A stretch of DNA of 64,000 bases from Macrostomum hystrix (Eukaryota > Animalia > Platyhelminthes), in the NCBI GenBank assembly GCA_950097015.1, contig CATNEN010000038.1:13950001-14014000 (forward strand). Reading direction: 5' to 3'. The notes beneath the pieces are model-generated. The model was not told where the DNA came from, did no database searches, and saw only the letters and a program-made list of their open reading frames with translations. The translations under genes and the position numbers were made by a program. Shown one piece after another: positions 12,255 through 24,868 of the stretch. Each line of letters opens with the position of its first letter. Within the stretch, counting starts at the first letter, position 1.

Positions 12255-13141
12255 TAACTCATCATTTATAGCCTCTATCCCATCTCGAATTACAATTTAT
12301 CACCTCTATCCCATCTCTAACTCAACATTTCTAGCCTCAATCCCAACTCTAACCTTTATTTATAGCTTCTATCCCATCTCTAACCACCATTTATAGCCTC
12401 TATCCCATCTCTAACCACCATTTATAGCCTCTATCCCATCTCTAACCACCATTTATAGCCTCTATCCCATCTCTAACCACCATTTATAGCCTCTATCCCA
12501 TCTCTAACCACCATTTATAGCCTCTATCCCATCTCTAACCACCATTTATAGCCTCTATCCCATCTCTAACCACCATTTATAGCCTCTATCCCATCTCTAA
12601 CCACCATTTATAGCCTCTATCCCATCTCTAACCACCATTTATAGCCTCTATCCCATCTCTAACCACCATTTGTAGCCTCTATCCCATCTCTAACCACCAT
12701 TTATAGCCTCTATCCCATCTCTAACCACCATTTATAGCCTCTATCCCATCTCTAACCACCATTTATAGCCTCTATCCCATCTCTAACCACCATTTATAGC
12801 CTCTATCCCATCTCTAACCACCATTTATAGCCTCTATCCCATCTCTAACCACCATTTATAGCCTCTATCCCATCTCTAACCACCATTTATAGCCTCTATC
12901 CCATCTCTAACCACCATTTATAGCCTCTATCCCATCTCTAACCACCATTTATAGCCTCTATCCCATCTCTAACCACCATTTATAGCCTCTATCCCATCTC
13001 TAACCACCATTTATAGCCTCTATCCCATCTCTAACCACCATTTATAGCCTCTATCCCATCTCTAACCACCATTTATAGCCTCTATCCCATCTCTAACCAC
13101 CATTTATAGCCTCTATCCCATCTCTAACCACCATTTATAGC
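12255..13141. repeat. Minisatellite, 31-bp unit (TTATAGCCTCTATCCCATCTCTAACCACCAT)
   Basis: About 25 almost identical copies plus degenerate 5' copies. Confidence 0.97.
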
Positions 13142-13311
13142 ATCCTAGATTTAGAGCATCTAGGGATGCCATCCTAGATTTTTTTATGGAACAATGTCCA
13201 CCAAGTACGCTATTTTGTACACACCTCCCGAATTCCTAGTTGATGAAGTAAAAAGCCGTGAAAAAATATCTCATTTCAGCGCTTAACTATTTCGCCTTCA
13301 TCAGCCTAGAG

Positions 13312-16300
13312 ATGCGCATTCGAGTCTATCGCAGTGCACGCTATGTGCTACTCATAGGCGTCTGCCTAATAGTAGTGTATTTTTTTGCTCGCAGTGGTGT
13401 CAACCATGCAGCCGAGGAAGAGGAGCCAAAGCCGCAGGGCGGCGATGGAGCGAAAAAATTGCCGCGAGACGATACCAATAGGCTAGAGCCCGCTGCTAAT
13501 CTTCCAGCTAATTCGGTCGCTAATCCCGCGCCTAATCCGGTGGCGCAATCGTTTAATCAGGTCACCCGCGTGCTAGCGGCCTCTGATCACGACGAATTTG
13601 TTGAGGCTCCGCCCGTTGGCGCTGTGAATAGCGGCGACGCCCTAGAGCTGGTCGATTGGCACGATCACAAGGCCATCGCCAAGGAGATGCAACGCAAGGG
13701 GCCGGGTTAGCGCCCTTGCTTTTATCATCTAATCAGTGACATTGTTTGCGCTTTGTCTTGAGAATTGGATACCATTTTATCAACTGAGATTGAGTATGAG
13801 TAGATAGGTCGGGATTAGGTCGACAGGCGATTTAGGCACGCGCAGCAGGATTTTAGAAAACTTATGGGATTAGGCGAATCATAAGTGGACTAAAGGGATT
13901 AGCTAGTCTAAACCGATGACTCACTCATGGTGCGTTGAGATTAGGTAAATCAACATTTCCAAAAAATCAAAATCACTCTTATCTGATGCTAATCATGCTA
14001 ATCTATAATGAAAGATTCGATCAAGCTAATCAGAATTCAAAAAGTGGGATCGTGTGCATTCGAATTTAGTTGCAGCGTTTTCCATTCCTCACAAAAGTCG
14101 CTAATCCCATTTAAATCTGCAGGTGAGCAGGGTCTAGCCTATAATCTGGCATCCAGTGATCGCGACAAAGGCGAGATTGACCGACTCTACAGGGCCAATG
14201 GTTACAATGGCTACCTTAGCGATCGCCTGTCACTCTACCGGGCCATTAAGGATCTGCGCCATCCTCAATGCCTGACGCAAAAGTATCGCCGAAAACTGCC
14301 CACAGCAGCCATTGTTATACCGTTTCACAATGAGCACTTCTCCACCCTGCTCAGAACTGTGGTGTCCTGCAGGCATAGGGCGCCTAGGGAACTGCTCAAG
14401 GAGATCATTCTAGGTCAGGAGATCATTATTGAAAATTATGAAAACCGCATTATTTAGAACAATTGCTTTAAAAAATCCTGACTGAGTACACTCCCAATCC
14501 AGACTGAATACACTCAGATCCTGAATGAGTACACTCTAAATACTGACTGAGTACACTCTAAATACTGACTGAGTACACTCCCAATCCTGACTGAATACAC
14601 TCAGATCCTGAATGAGTACACTCTAAATACTGACTGAGTACACTCTAAATACTGACTGAGTACACTCCCAATCCTGACTGAATACACTCAGATCCTGAAT
14701 GAGTACACTCTAAATACTGACTGAGTACACTCTAAATACTGACTGAGTACACTCCCAATCCTGACTGAATACACTCAGATCCTGACTGAGTACACTCTAA
14801 ATACTGACTGAGTACACTAAAATCCTGAATGAGTACAATCCCAATCCTGACTGAGCATACTCAAATCCTGACTGAGTGCACTCCCAATCCTGACTGAGTA
14901 CAGTCAAACCTTTTTCCTCACTGAGTACACTTAAATCCACACCCCTAAATTCCTAGTTGACGACAACAGCAGCAAGCCGGAACTGAAGGGTCCCCTAGAC
15001 GAATTCCTCAAGTCGCACTTCGACAATGTATTCGTGGTTCGCGCCAAGCGTCGCGAAGGCCTCATCCGAGCTCGCCTGCTAGGCGCTGAGCGCGTGACAG
15101 CCGACGCTTTCATAGTGCTGGACTCGCATTGCGAGTGCGGCATCAACTGGCTGCCGCCCCTGCTAGATCCCATCGCCGAGAACTGGCGCACCGCAGTCTG
15201 TCCGTTTGTTGACATCATCGACTTTGATAATTACGAGATCAGGCCGCAGGACGAGGGCGCCAGAGGCTCCTGGGATTGGCAATTCTATTACAAACGCCTG
15301 CCTCTGCTGCCAGATGATAAAGAGCATCCGGCCAGGCCGTTTGCCAGTCCCGTCATGGCTGGCGGCCTGTTTGCCATCAGTACGAAATTCTTTCGCGAAC
15401 TTGGCGGCTACGATCCGGGCCTGGACATCTGGGGCGGCGAGCAGTACGAGTTGAGCTTCAAAATCTGGCAGTGCCACGGCCGGATGCTGGACGCGCCCTG
15501 CTCAAGGGTGGCTCACATCTATCGGAAATTTGCACCGTTTCCTAATCCGGGTATTGGCGACTTTTTGGGCCGAAATTTCAAGAGAGTGGCCGAGGTGAGA
15601 ACCAAGTTTTGGTCATTTTTTATTGCTTTGCATTTTAATAAAGTGTATTATCATTTTTCCGAAAAATTGGGAGCTTTCTGTTTTCTCTCCGTTGAGAAAG
15701 TATTTTTAGTAGTTTATTAAATTAATTTGGCGATATTTATGTATTATTCACTCCGATTGTTAAGGGATTGTTCATTCTGAGATTTTTAGGGAATTTTTAC
15801 TCGGGGATTTTATGAATTTTACACTCGACAGATTCTAGGGATTTTTCAATCCGGAATTTAGGGATGTTTTCTCGGGGATTCCATGAATTTTACACTGTGA
15901 TTCTAGGGATTTTTCACTCCGGGATTCTAGGGATTTTTCACTCCGGAATTTTAGGGATTTTTCACTCCGGAATTTTAGGGATGTTTCACTCCGGGATTCT
16001 AGAGACTTTTCACTCAGGGATCCTAGGGATGTTTTACTCGGGGATTCTAGGGATGTTTTACTCTGGGATTCTAGGGATTTTTCACTCCTGAATTTTAGGG
16101 ACGTTTTACTCAGGGATTCTAGGGATGTTTTACTCAGCGATTCTAGGGACGTTTTACTCAGCGATTCTAGGGATGTTTTACTCAGGGATCCTAGGGATGT
16201 TTTACTCAGGGATTCTAGAGATGTTTTACTCGGGGATTCTAGGGATGTTTTACTCTGGGATTCTAGGGATTTTTCACTCCTGAATTTTAGGGACGTTTTA

Positions 16301-18151
16301 CTCAGGGATTCTAGGGATGTTTTACTCAGGGATCCTAGGGATGTTTTACTCAGGGATTCTAGAGATGTTTTACTCAGGGATTCTAGGGATGTTCTACTCA
16401 GGGATTCTAGGGATGTTTTACTCAGGGATTCTAGGGATGTTTTACTCAGGGATTCTAGGGATGTTTTACTCAGGGATTCTAGGGATGTTCTACTCAGGGA
16501 TTCTAGGGATGTTTTACTCAGGGATTCTAGGGATGTTTTACTCAGGGATTCTAGGGATGTTTTACTCAGGGATTCTAGAGATTTTTCAGTCAGGGATTTA
16601 TGAGAGGTTTACTCCGGAATTCTAGGGATATTTCGATCAGGGATTTTAAGAGATTTTTACTCCGGAATTTATGAGATTTTTCATTCGTAACTCTTAAAAT
16701 TTATTTCTCTGAAAATCTACATATTTTTTCGTGAATTCTATGAATTATTCACTCGGGGTTCTAGTGATTTTTTATTAGGGAATTCAAGAGATTTTTCACT
16801 CTTGGTTTAGGGATTTTTTCCAATAGTGATTTTCCTCTCGGGAAATTTTAGGAATTATTCACTCAGGGTTTCATGGCGCTTTGAAGGCCATTATCACTTT
16901 GACGAGTTAATGCTTAAGAAATCAAATCAGTTCAAAGGTATTTAGGAAAGTTAGGCTTGGTGATTGGGGATTAGAAAAGTATATTAGGAAAGCAATCATA
17001 AAGCTATAATATCTCATTAAACCGCAGGTGTGGATGGACGAGTACAAGGAGTTCCTGTACAAGCGCAAGCGGGCCTACTATGACGGCGTGCAGACTGGCA
17101 ACATCACCGCCCAGTTGGAGATTCGCCGCCGATTGAAATGCAAAAGCTTCCGCTGGTTCATGGAGCGGGTGGCGTTCGACCAGCCCAAGCATTTCCCCCT
17201 AGTTGAGCCGTCGCCAGCGGCCCGCGGCGAAGTCAAGAATGTCGGCAACGGCCTCTGTTTAGACACGAAATTCCGCGGCGAGCACGCCAAAATTGAAGTA
17301 GACAAATGCCTCAGCGACGGTGGCCAGGGCGAGCAGCGCCTGGTGCTGACGTATCGGAAAGACATCCGGCCGGCCGGCAAGGATGTGTGCTTCGATGTGC
17401 CGAACAATGCCGACAGGGCGCCTGTTATTCTGTTTGGCTGTCACGGCTTCCAAGGCAACCAGTGGTGGAAGCTGGTTGTTAGCACCGGACAGGTCAGTGA
17501 CTGTTTCATTATTGATTCCCCTCAATATCCCATATTCTGATCCCCATTCACCTTGAGAGCTATATTCCCCTCTTGTAGTCCTAAATATATATTTGCATCT
17601 TCTGATCCTCATTCCATATTCCCCTAGACAATTCTTATCCCATTTCATATTCCCTAAGACTATTCTGATCCCCATTCCATATTCCCCTAGACAATTCTTA
17701 TCCCAGTCCATATTCCCCTAGACAATTCTTATCCCAGTCCATATTCCCCTAGTCTATTCTGATCCCAGTCCACATTCCCTTCTTCAGATCGCAATTTCAT
17801 ACTCCCCTATTGTGATTCCTATTCTAAATTCCCTTCTTTTGAATCCCATTTTGTAATCTAATTATCCCTATAAATAGGGATGGGATCTTTAAATGGGGAT
17901 CTATCCACTCTATTTATCCCATTTCTTGTTATTAAAATGTGATGCTTTATAAACATGACCTTCGCATCACTAACCAGATGAGGCACCCAGTAACGGACAA
18001 GTGCCTGGATTCGGACCAGGCCACTCGGGAAGTGTTTGTGAGCCATTGCGATCCTAACAAGGCCACGCAGAAATGGCAGTGGCAGTCTGTGAATGCCACC
18101 CTGGCCAATGGGGACGCTGCTCTGCCCGATAGTGAGCTAAGGATGAGTTGA
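13312..18151 (+). CDS. GALNT10: Polypeptide N-acetylgalactosaminyltransferase, GALNT10/pgant6 subfamily (paralog a, about 653 aa)
   Basis: Exons 13312-13705, 14123-14413, 14957-15594, 17028-17492, 17978-18151, all GT-AG and in phase. N-terminal [36 protein letters not shown], ricin-B lectin repeats. Symbol denotes subfamily, not proven orthology. Confidence 0.93.
14476..14930. repeat. Intronic minisatellite, 21-22-bp units (CTGACTGAGTACACT...) with an 87-bp higher-order period
   Basis: CTGAATGAGT recurs at 14521, 14608 and 14695. Confidence 0.92.
15830..16630. repeat. Intronic minisatellite, 24-bp unit (CTAGGGATGTTTTACTCAGGGATT)
   Basis: Tandem copies with degenerate flanks. Confidence 0.95.
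17580..17780. repeat. Intronic minisatellite, 31-bp unit (CCATATTCCCCTAGACAATTCTTATCCCAGT)
   Basis: About 6 diverged copies. Confidence 0.85.
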
Positions 18152-18861
18152 GCACAACTTACCTGTGAAATCTCACAGATCATTTTTAAGCTAGGTTTTC
18201 ATCTCTCTTTAAATACTCTCTGTCGACTTCTCAACAATCTCCTGAATGATTATATTGAAAGCCGTTATGAAATCTCAGCTGTTCATTCCACTAAACAGTG
18301 GTCATTTCTAGAATGCAACTTTTATTACCTGAAATCATATGGCGTGTGATTTAGGTAACATTTGGGTCACGAATGTGCAAAAAGCCTGAAAAAATGACCA
18401 ATTCAATTTTTTCATATAAATGAAGATTTTTTGCTTTTTTATTGTTTAAAACTGCTGCTTTGTGCTTTGCTTCGGTTCTTCCTCTGGCACAGAAACTTAT
18501 ATTGGTTTTATTTGCAACCTATTTCATAGGCGTCTGTTAACTGTTAGCTTATTTATTGACTTTTCACTGGCGTTTCTAAGCAAGTTTTTTTTTTGAAAAT
18601 GTTTTTTATGTCGCTTTAAGTTGTTTTTGTGTAGGAAATTTTGAAGTATAGTTTCATGTTCATAGCGGCATTTTTTGCACTCTTTGATGCACAATTTGAT
18701 ATTGTACTTACTTTTTACTGTTTTTAATTTAAATCTAGCTTTTTTAATTAACATTTACGTTCATAACGAATCCTTGTATCCGTAATAATACTCAGATTAG
18801 ATGATAGTCATAAAAATACTATCAATAAATTGTAGTTTACTCAATAGATAAAAATGATACA

Positions 18862-19040
18862 TCAGCCAATCAGAATGCTCCTAAACATATTGAAAGATGC
18901 ATTAGCCAATCAGAATGCTCCTAAACATATTGAAAGATGCATTAGCCAATCAGAATGTTCCTAAAATATCGAGAGTTGTATTAGCCAATCAGAATGTTCC
19001 TAAACATTGTTAAAGTTATATTAGCCAATCAGAAAGCTCC
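18862..19040. repeat. 40-bp tandem repeat, each unit with AGCCAATCAGAA (CCAAT-box-like)
   Basis: Motif at about 18864, 18904, 18944, 18983 and 19023. Confidence 0.9.
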
Positions 19041-19784
19041 TTAGCATATTTCGACATGTCCACCTGTCCATCCTGAAAAATTTATTATGTTAACTTGAAT
19101 TCAAAACACATTTTCTCGGCTTATATTACAATTATTGCAATTATATGCATTATGCATTAAATAGTTGAATAGTAAGATTGCTATGTATGTGCCTTAACTA
19201 GTGTATCACTGGCGCTTGCCCTTGTTCACTTCCTACTTAATTTTGCTAACTTTTTTGTCCGTTTTTTAAACTGTTCAGAGTTGCGTAGCTTGAATCCTTG
19301 TTCCAAGCAACCTGGCTTGAAATAGTTTCTGTAATCATTTTGATAAGCAAGTGGCCTTACTCACCTCTTTGACCTTAAATTACATAACAAAGCCTAAAAT
19401 AACTATGTCGAAAAATAATTTTGGCCCACAAATTGAATAATTCGTTTTTGCAATTTTGGTTTTGTTGCTGGCCAAAGATTATTTATGTACTTTTTACATG
19501 TGCCACACGTTACTCATTTTATTGATAGCTGGTATAACTAGTTAATTGCTTTTTTGTACTGTGTTGGCGGTCACACCTATATTAGCTTTGTACAAGTACA
19601 TACGCGTGTACTTAATCTGTTTTTTTCTTGTAGTTTACAATGACAAAAAAGATTAAATATATTTAGTTATATCCGTTTACGGTCGCTTTGGTTGTAATAG
19701 AAGTTTTTATTTGTGAGTTAATACTTTTTTTCTGTATCGAAGGAAATAATACCTAACCGTTTTTTATCACGTGTTTGTTTTTTA

Positions 19785-21526
19785 TGTGATTGCACAGAAC
19801 ACCAGTGTGATTACACAGAACACCTGTGTGATTACACAGAACACCAGTGTGATTACACAGAACACCAGTGTGATTGCACAGAACACCAGTGTGATTGCAC
19901 AGAACACCAGTGTGATTACACGGAACACCTGTGTGATTACACAGAACACCAGTGTGATTACACAGAACACCAGTGTGATTACACAGAACACCAGTGTGAT
20001 TACAGAACACCTGTGTGATTACACAGAACACCTGTGTGATTACAGAGAACACCTGTGTGATTACACAGAACACCTGTGTGATTACACAGAACACCTGTGT
20101 GATTACACAGAACACCAGTGTGATTACAGAACACCTGTGTGATTACACAGAACACCTGTGTGATTACAGAGAACACCTGTGTGATTACACAGAACACCAG
20201 TGTGATTACACAGAACACCAGTGTGATTACAGAACACCAGTGTGATTACACAGAACACCAGTGTGATTACACAGAACACCTGTGTGATTACACAGAACAC
20301 CTGTGTGATTACACAGAACACCTGTGTGATTACACAGAATACCAGTGTGATTACAGAACACCAGTGTGATTACACAGAACACCAGTGTGATTATACAGAA
20401 CACCTGTGTGATTACACAGAACACCAGTGTGATTACAGAACACCAGTGTGATTGAACAGAATACCAGTGTGATTACACAGAACACCAGTGTGATTACACA
20501 GAACACCTGTGTGATTACAGAGAACACCTGTGTGATTACAGAGAACACCTGTGTGATTGCACGGAACACCAGTGTGATTACACAGAACACCAGTGTGATT
20601 ACACAGAACACATGTGTGATTACACAGAACACCTGTGTGATTACACAGAACACCTGTGTGATTACACAGACCACCTGTGTGATTACACAGAACACTAGTG
20701 TGATTACACAGAACACCAGTGTGATTACAGAACACCAGTGTGATTACACAGAACACCAGTGTGATTACACAGAACACCTGTGTGATTACACAGAACACCT
20801 GTGTGATTACACAGAACACCTGTGTGATTACACAGAACACCTGTGTGATTACACAGAACACCTGTGTGATTACACAGAACACCTATGTGATTACACAGAA
20901 CACCTGTGTGATTACACAGAACACCAGTGTGATTACACAGAACACCTGTGTGATTACAGAGAACACCTGTGTGATTACACAGAACACCTGTGTGATTACA
21001 CAGAACACTAGTGTGATTACACAGAACACTAGTGTGATTACACAGAACACCAGTGTGATTACAGAACACCAGTGTGATTACACAGAACACCTGTGTGATT
21101 ACACAGAACACCAGTGTGATTACAGAACACCAGTGTGATTGAACAGAATACCAGTGTGATTACACAGAACACCAGTGTGATTACACAGAACACCAGTGTG
21201 ATTACACAGAACACCAGTGTGATTACACAGAACACCTGTGTGATTACACAGAACACCAGTGTGATTGAACAGAATACCTGTGTGATTGAACAGAACACCA
21301 GTGTGATTGAACAGAATACCAGTGTGATTGCACAGAACACCAGTGTGATAAAGAGAACACCAGTGTGATTAAAGAGAACACCAGTGTGATTAAAGAGAAC
21401 ACTAGTGTGATTAAAGAGAACACCAGTGTGATTGCACAGAACACCAGTGTGATAAAGAGAACACCAGTGTGATTAAAGAGAACACCAGTGTGATTGAACA
21501 GAATACCTGTGTGATTGCACAGAATA
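19785..21526. repeat. Minisatellite, 21-bp unit (GTGTGATTACACAGAACACC[A/T])
   Basis: About 80 copies between the convergent GALNT 3' ends. Confidence 0.98.
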
Positions 21527-22108
21527 CGAATATCTGTGTAAACATCTGTGTCTCAGTTAATATTATACTTTATTATCCACTAATTATTTAGCAGTGGCAG
21601 AGATTCTTTATACATGTGATGCGATTGTGAACTGTGAACAGAGAACTTCCATAATGGAAAACTAAGCAATAATATTAAGAGCACAAATTAGAAAACAAGT
21701 TTTTGTGCGATATAACAAGTAATATGGATAGAATTACTTTAGATATTGAACTTTCAGGCTTCATTAATGATTCAACAAAGAAGTTGAAGAAAAAAGATCT
21801 ATTTGATCTATTCGATACAAATGAAACAAAACAGCGAAGACTAGACAGATTTGTCCTATATCAACTTGGCACACTTGTGAGCAGTATTTTGAGACGCAAT
21901 AAGCTACTTGTAATTTGAAGTAAAACTATGTGGACCATTGAATTGTGATCATTTTTTTCTTTGCTACATCGTGATATTTTCTAGATAGTATTCTAGCAAT
22001 ATATGTATTCAAATTCTGATTGGCCTATTCAAGTCACGTGCTTGTTTGGCTAGAGGGATTTCCTCGATACAGTGTTTCTAAAAATAGCTACAAGCAGAGC
22101 CAGACAGC

Positions 22109-24868
22109 TCAGTGCCCGCCGCCCACAGCGCTGGTTAGCCAGACCCAGTGCTGTGCAGAGTCAGCTTTGCTGCAGGGCGCCAGGCCCAGCTGATCCAGGC
22201 GAGAGTCCAGCGTGACGCATTTGCCGCTGGGCACGTGACGCAATCGGCCAATATCCGGGAAGTATTTAAAGTACTGATTGCCACGCATGCCGTGGCAGGC
22301 GAACAGTTGGACGGCCCGACCGTCGGGGACGTCGAAACAGCGCTCGGTCGGACCGGCGTGGACTCTGACTTCGTCGCGTTCGCTCAGGTGGAGCAGCGTG
22401 GCACCGCCGCCGCTGTCGCAGGTGCTTAGATTCGGCTTGCTGTTGCTTGGCGACACGGCGACGCACCTGGATTGAGTTGGGTGCCATCTGATACACTGGG
22501 GTGTCACCTGATACACTGGGGTGTCACCTGGTACACTGGGGTGTCACCTGGTACACTGGGCCTGGGGTGTCACCTGATATATTGGGGTTGTTACTTTATA
22601 GTCTAGGGCTGTCACCTGATAGTCAAGGGTGAAGAAATTAAGGTGATTTATGATCTAATCGTTGGTCTCACCTATTGGCCGATTCAGCCTTCAATAAGCC
22701 GGTCATGGACTTGGCCGGCTTCCTATAGGGATAGAACTTCGGCTGGTCGAAGGCGACATTCTTCATGTACCAGTCGAAGCTGCGGCACTTGAGTCGCTCG
22801 CGTAGGGCCTTCTGTCGGCTGAGATCGCCGGCATCCACTAGGCGAAACTGCTCCTCATTGTTGGTGGAGTACAGCTGCTCCTTGTATTCGTCCATCCAAA
22901 CTTCAGCGACTCGCTTAAAATTTCTAGTTATGAAATCGCCCAGATTGCTGGGGTTGCGGTAGGGCATGAAGTTTCTGTAGATGTGAGCAACCCTTGAGCA
23001 GGGCGCGTCCAGCATGCGACCGCCGCACTGCCAGATTTTGAAGCTCAACTCGTACTGCTCACCTGGGGTTGGTTGGGATGGGGCAGTTTAGGTTAGAGTA
23101 TACTCACCTACAGGTTGGGGGTCGGTGGCAGAGCGGTTAACGCGTTTGCCTCTCGCGTCAATGCGCCCGAGCTCGATTCCGCGGCGAGGCCACATTCATT
23201 TGGGGCGCAGCCGCGGAGAGAAGGCTTGGGGGCTTGACGTGCAATTTGCGCCCTTGCGGGCCAACCTCCAAGGCACAGTGAAGTGTACATCACTGCCTAT
23301 CAATGAGAAATTCAGGTCAGATGTACACACCTGTGTGAGCGTGTGCTTGAGTACAGTATCTGTTGTTCGTGTGTGCTCAGGAGTCAACGAAATGGGCAGA
23401 ATTGCCTTCTTGCTGGCTGCGGATCTATTGTCACCGAATGATGTGACATTGCCCACAGCCCTCTTGCAATTAATATTTTTATAATTTTATGATTATACTC
23501 ACAGGTAGATCTCACAGTTACTTTAGTGGGATAAGCATACTTGATGGTCGGGGGTTCGATTCCCGCGACTCCGCTGGAACAATTTATGTCCTTTAGCCGA
23601 GAAAATTGACTCTGCATTGCTTCATTTTACCCAGCTGTTAAATGGGTAAGAGCAGTAGCTGGGGTAATTGAGGGTGGGTGTGGCGTCCCCCGCCCAGTCC
23701 ATGGACTGAACAGCCGTACGCAGCCTTCAGATGCAGACACCCCCGGGCTACCAACCTCCCCAGATGTCCAGGCCGGCGTCGTAGCCGCCGAGCTCGTTGA
23801 ACCATCGCCGGCTGATGGCAAACAGGCCGCCGGCCATGACGGGGCTGGCGAACGGCTCGGCCCGGCGCCGAAGACTCTCGGACAGCAGCGGCAGGCGCTT
23901 ATAGTGAAAACTGTTCCAGCTCCAGCTGCCCCGGGCGCCAGTGTCCTGCGGACGAATCTCGAACGTCTCCTGGTCGATGACGTCGATGAACGGGCAGACA
24001 ACTGTGCGATAGTCTTCGGCGATGGGGTGCAACAGGGGCGGCAGCCAGTTGATGCCGCACTCGCAGTGCGAGTCCATGACAATGACCACATCGGCAGTGG
24101 CAGCGGCAATGCCCCGCATCCTGGCCCGGATCAGGCCCTCGCGCTGCGGAGCTCGCAATAATTTGACGAAGCCGCGGTCTGGAAACTGCTTGGCCAGGGC
24201 CGATTCCAGGTCGGCTCCAAGCGCCGGCTTCTTGCTGGCGTCGTCGACAAGGATGATCTCCGTTAGCAGCTGCGGCGGAGCCCTGGCTCTGCAGGACACG
24301 GCGGTTCTTAACAGGGTTGAGAGGTGCTCCTCGTGGAAGGGTATCACCAGGGCGGCCGTGGGCAGACGTCGATAGTGCAGCTGCGATCGACACTCCGGAT
24401 ACCGCAGGTCGACGATGGCGCGGTCCAACGCGATGGCGTCGCTCAGCAGGCCATTGAAGCCGTTCGCCTGGAACAGGTCAGCCTTCTGGCGAGCGTTTGC
24501 CGACGCTGGCAGAGAAGCTGGACGGCCACCCTCGCCGAGGCCGGTACGGCGAGACTCTGCCTCAATGGCAGCATAGTCGTGCCAGTCTTTCAGCACTGAG
24601 GAATCGAATGGGGGTTCGGGACTGGCGCTCTAAATACATAACATGCAAGACATCACACGGATAATTCACCCAAAAATATCATCACAGACAAACGCAGCTC
24701 ACAATGAGAATGCTTGTCTCCTCTGCCAGAGCCGCCGGAGCTGTCGCCGCCGCCCCAGGACACCCAGCCAAGAATCAGCAGTCCCAGCAGTAGCAGCAGC
24801 AGCAGCGGTTTAAATTTTCTCGGCCATCTCGGCAGGCGTCTTCTAAGTCGCAGCACCAATGACGTCAT
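22109..24868 (-). CDS. GALNT10: Polypeptide N-acetylgalactosaminyltransferase, GALNT10/pgant6 subfamily (paralog b, about 584 aa)
   Basis: Exons 24868-24703, 24595-23756, 23062-22672, 22466-22109, GT-AG with phases 1, 1, 2. TM poly-Leu, [23 protein letters not shown], ricin-B lectin. Symbol denotes subfamily. Confidence 0.92.
22488..22620. repeat. Intronic minisatellite, 20-bp unit (ATACACTGGGGTGTCACCTG)
   Basis: 4-6 copies. Confidence 0.85.
23117..23475 (+). mobile_element. tRNA-derived SINE family A, full-length (intronic)
   Basis: A-box GGTGGCAGAGCGG, CTCTC anticodon-like loop (tRNA-Glu-like), B-box GAGCTCGATTCC, about 280-bp body and AT tail. Four other copies occur in the window. Confidence 0.88.
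23515..23745 (+). mobile_element. Second tRNA-derived SINE (family B) directly behind the family A copy
   Basis: Degenerate A-box (TAGTGGGATAAGC), B-box GGTTCGATTCCC at 23553, then ACCCAGCTGTTAAATGGGTA, which resembles the Nin/Deu central domain of invertebrate SINEs. Confidence 0.6.

Noticed and set aside
19753-21444. Many overlapping ORFs; superficially CRISPR-like array
   Set aside because: Head-to-tail 21-bp repeats with no unique spacers, frequent frameshifts and a eukaryotic context.
23117-23192. Functional tRNA gene
   Set aside because: A and B boxes are present but the stems do not pair properly, and it continues into a dispersed repeat body, so it is a SINE head.
23370-23400. Hammerhead ribozyme in the SINE (CTCAGGAGTCAACGAAA)
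   Set aside because: The core requires CUGANGA. The copies retaining this segment have CTCAGGA or CTAAGGA and no convincing stems.
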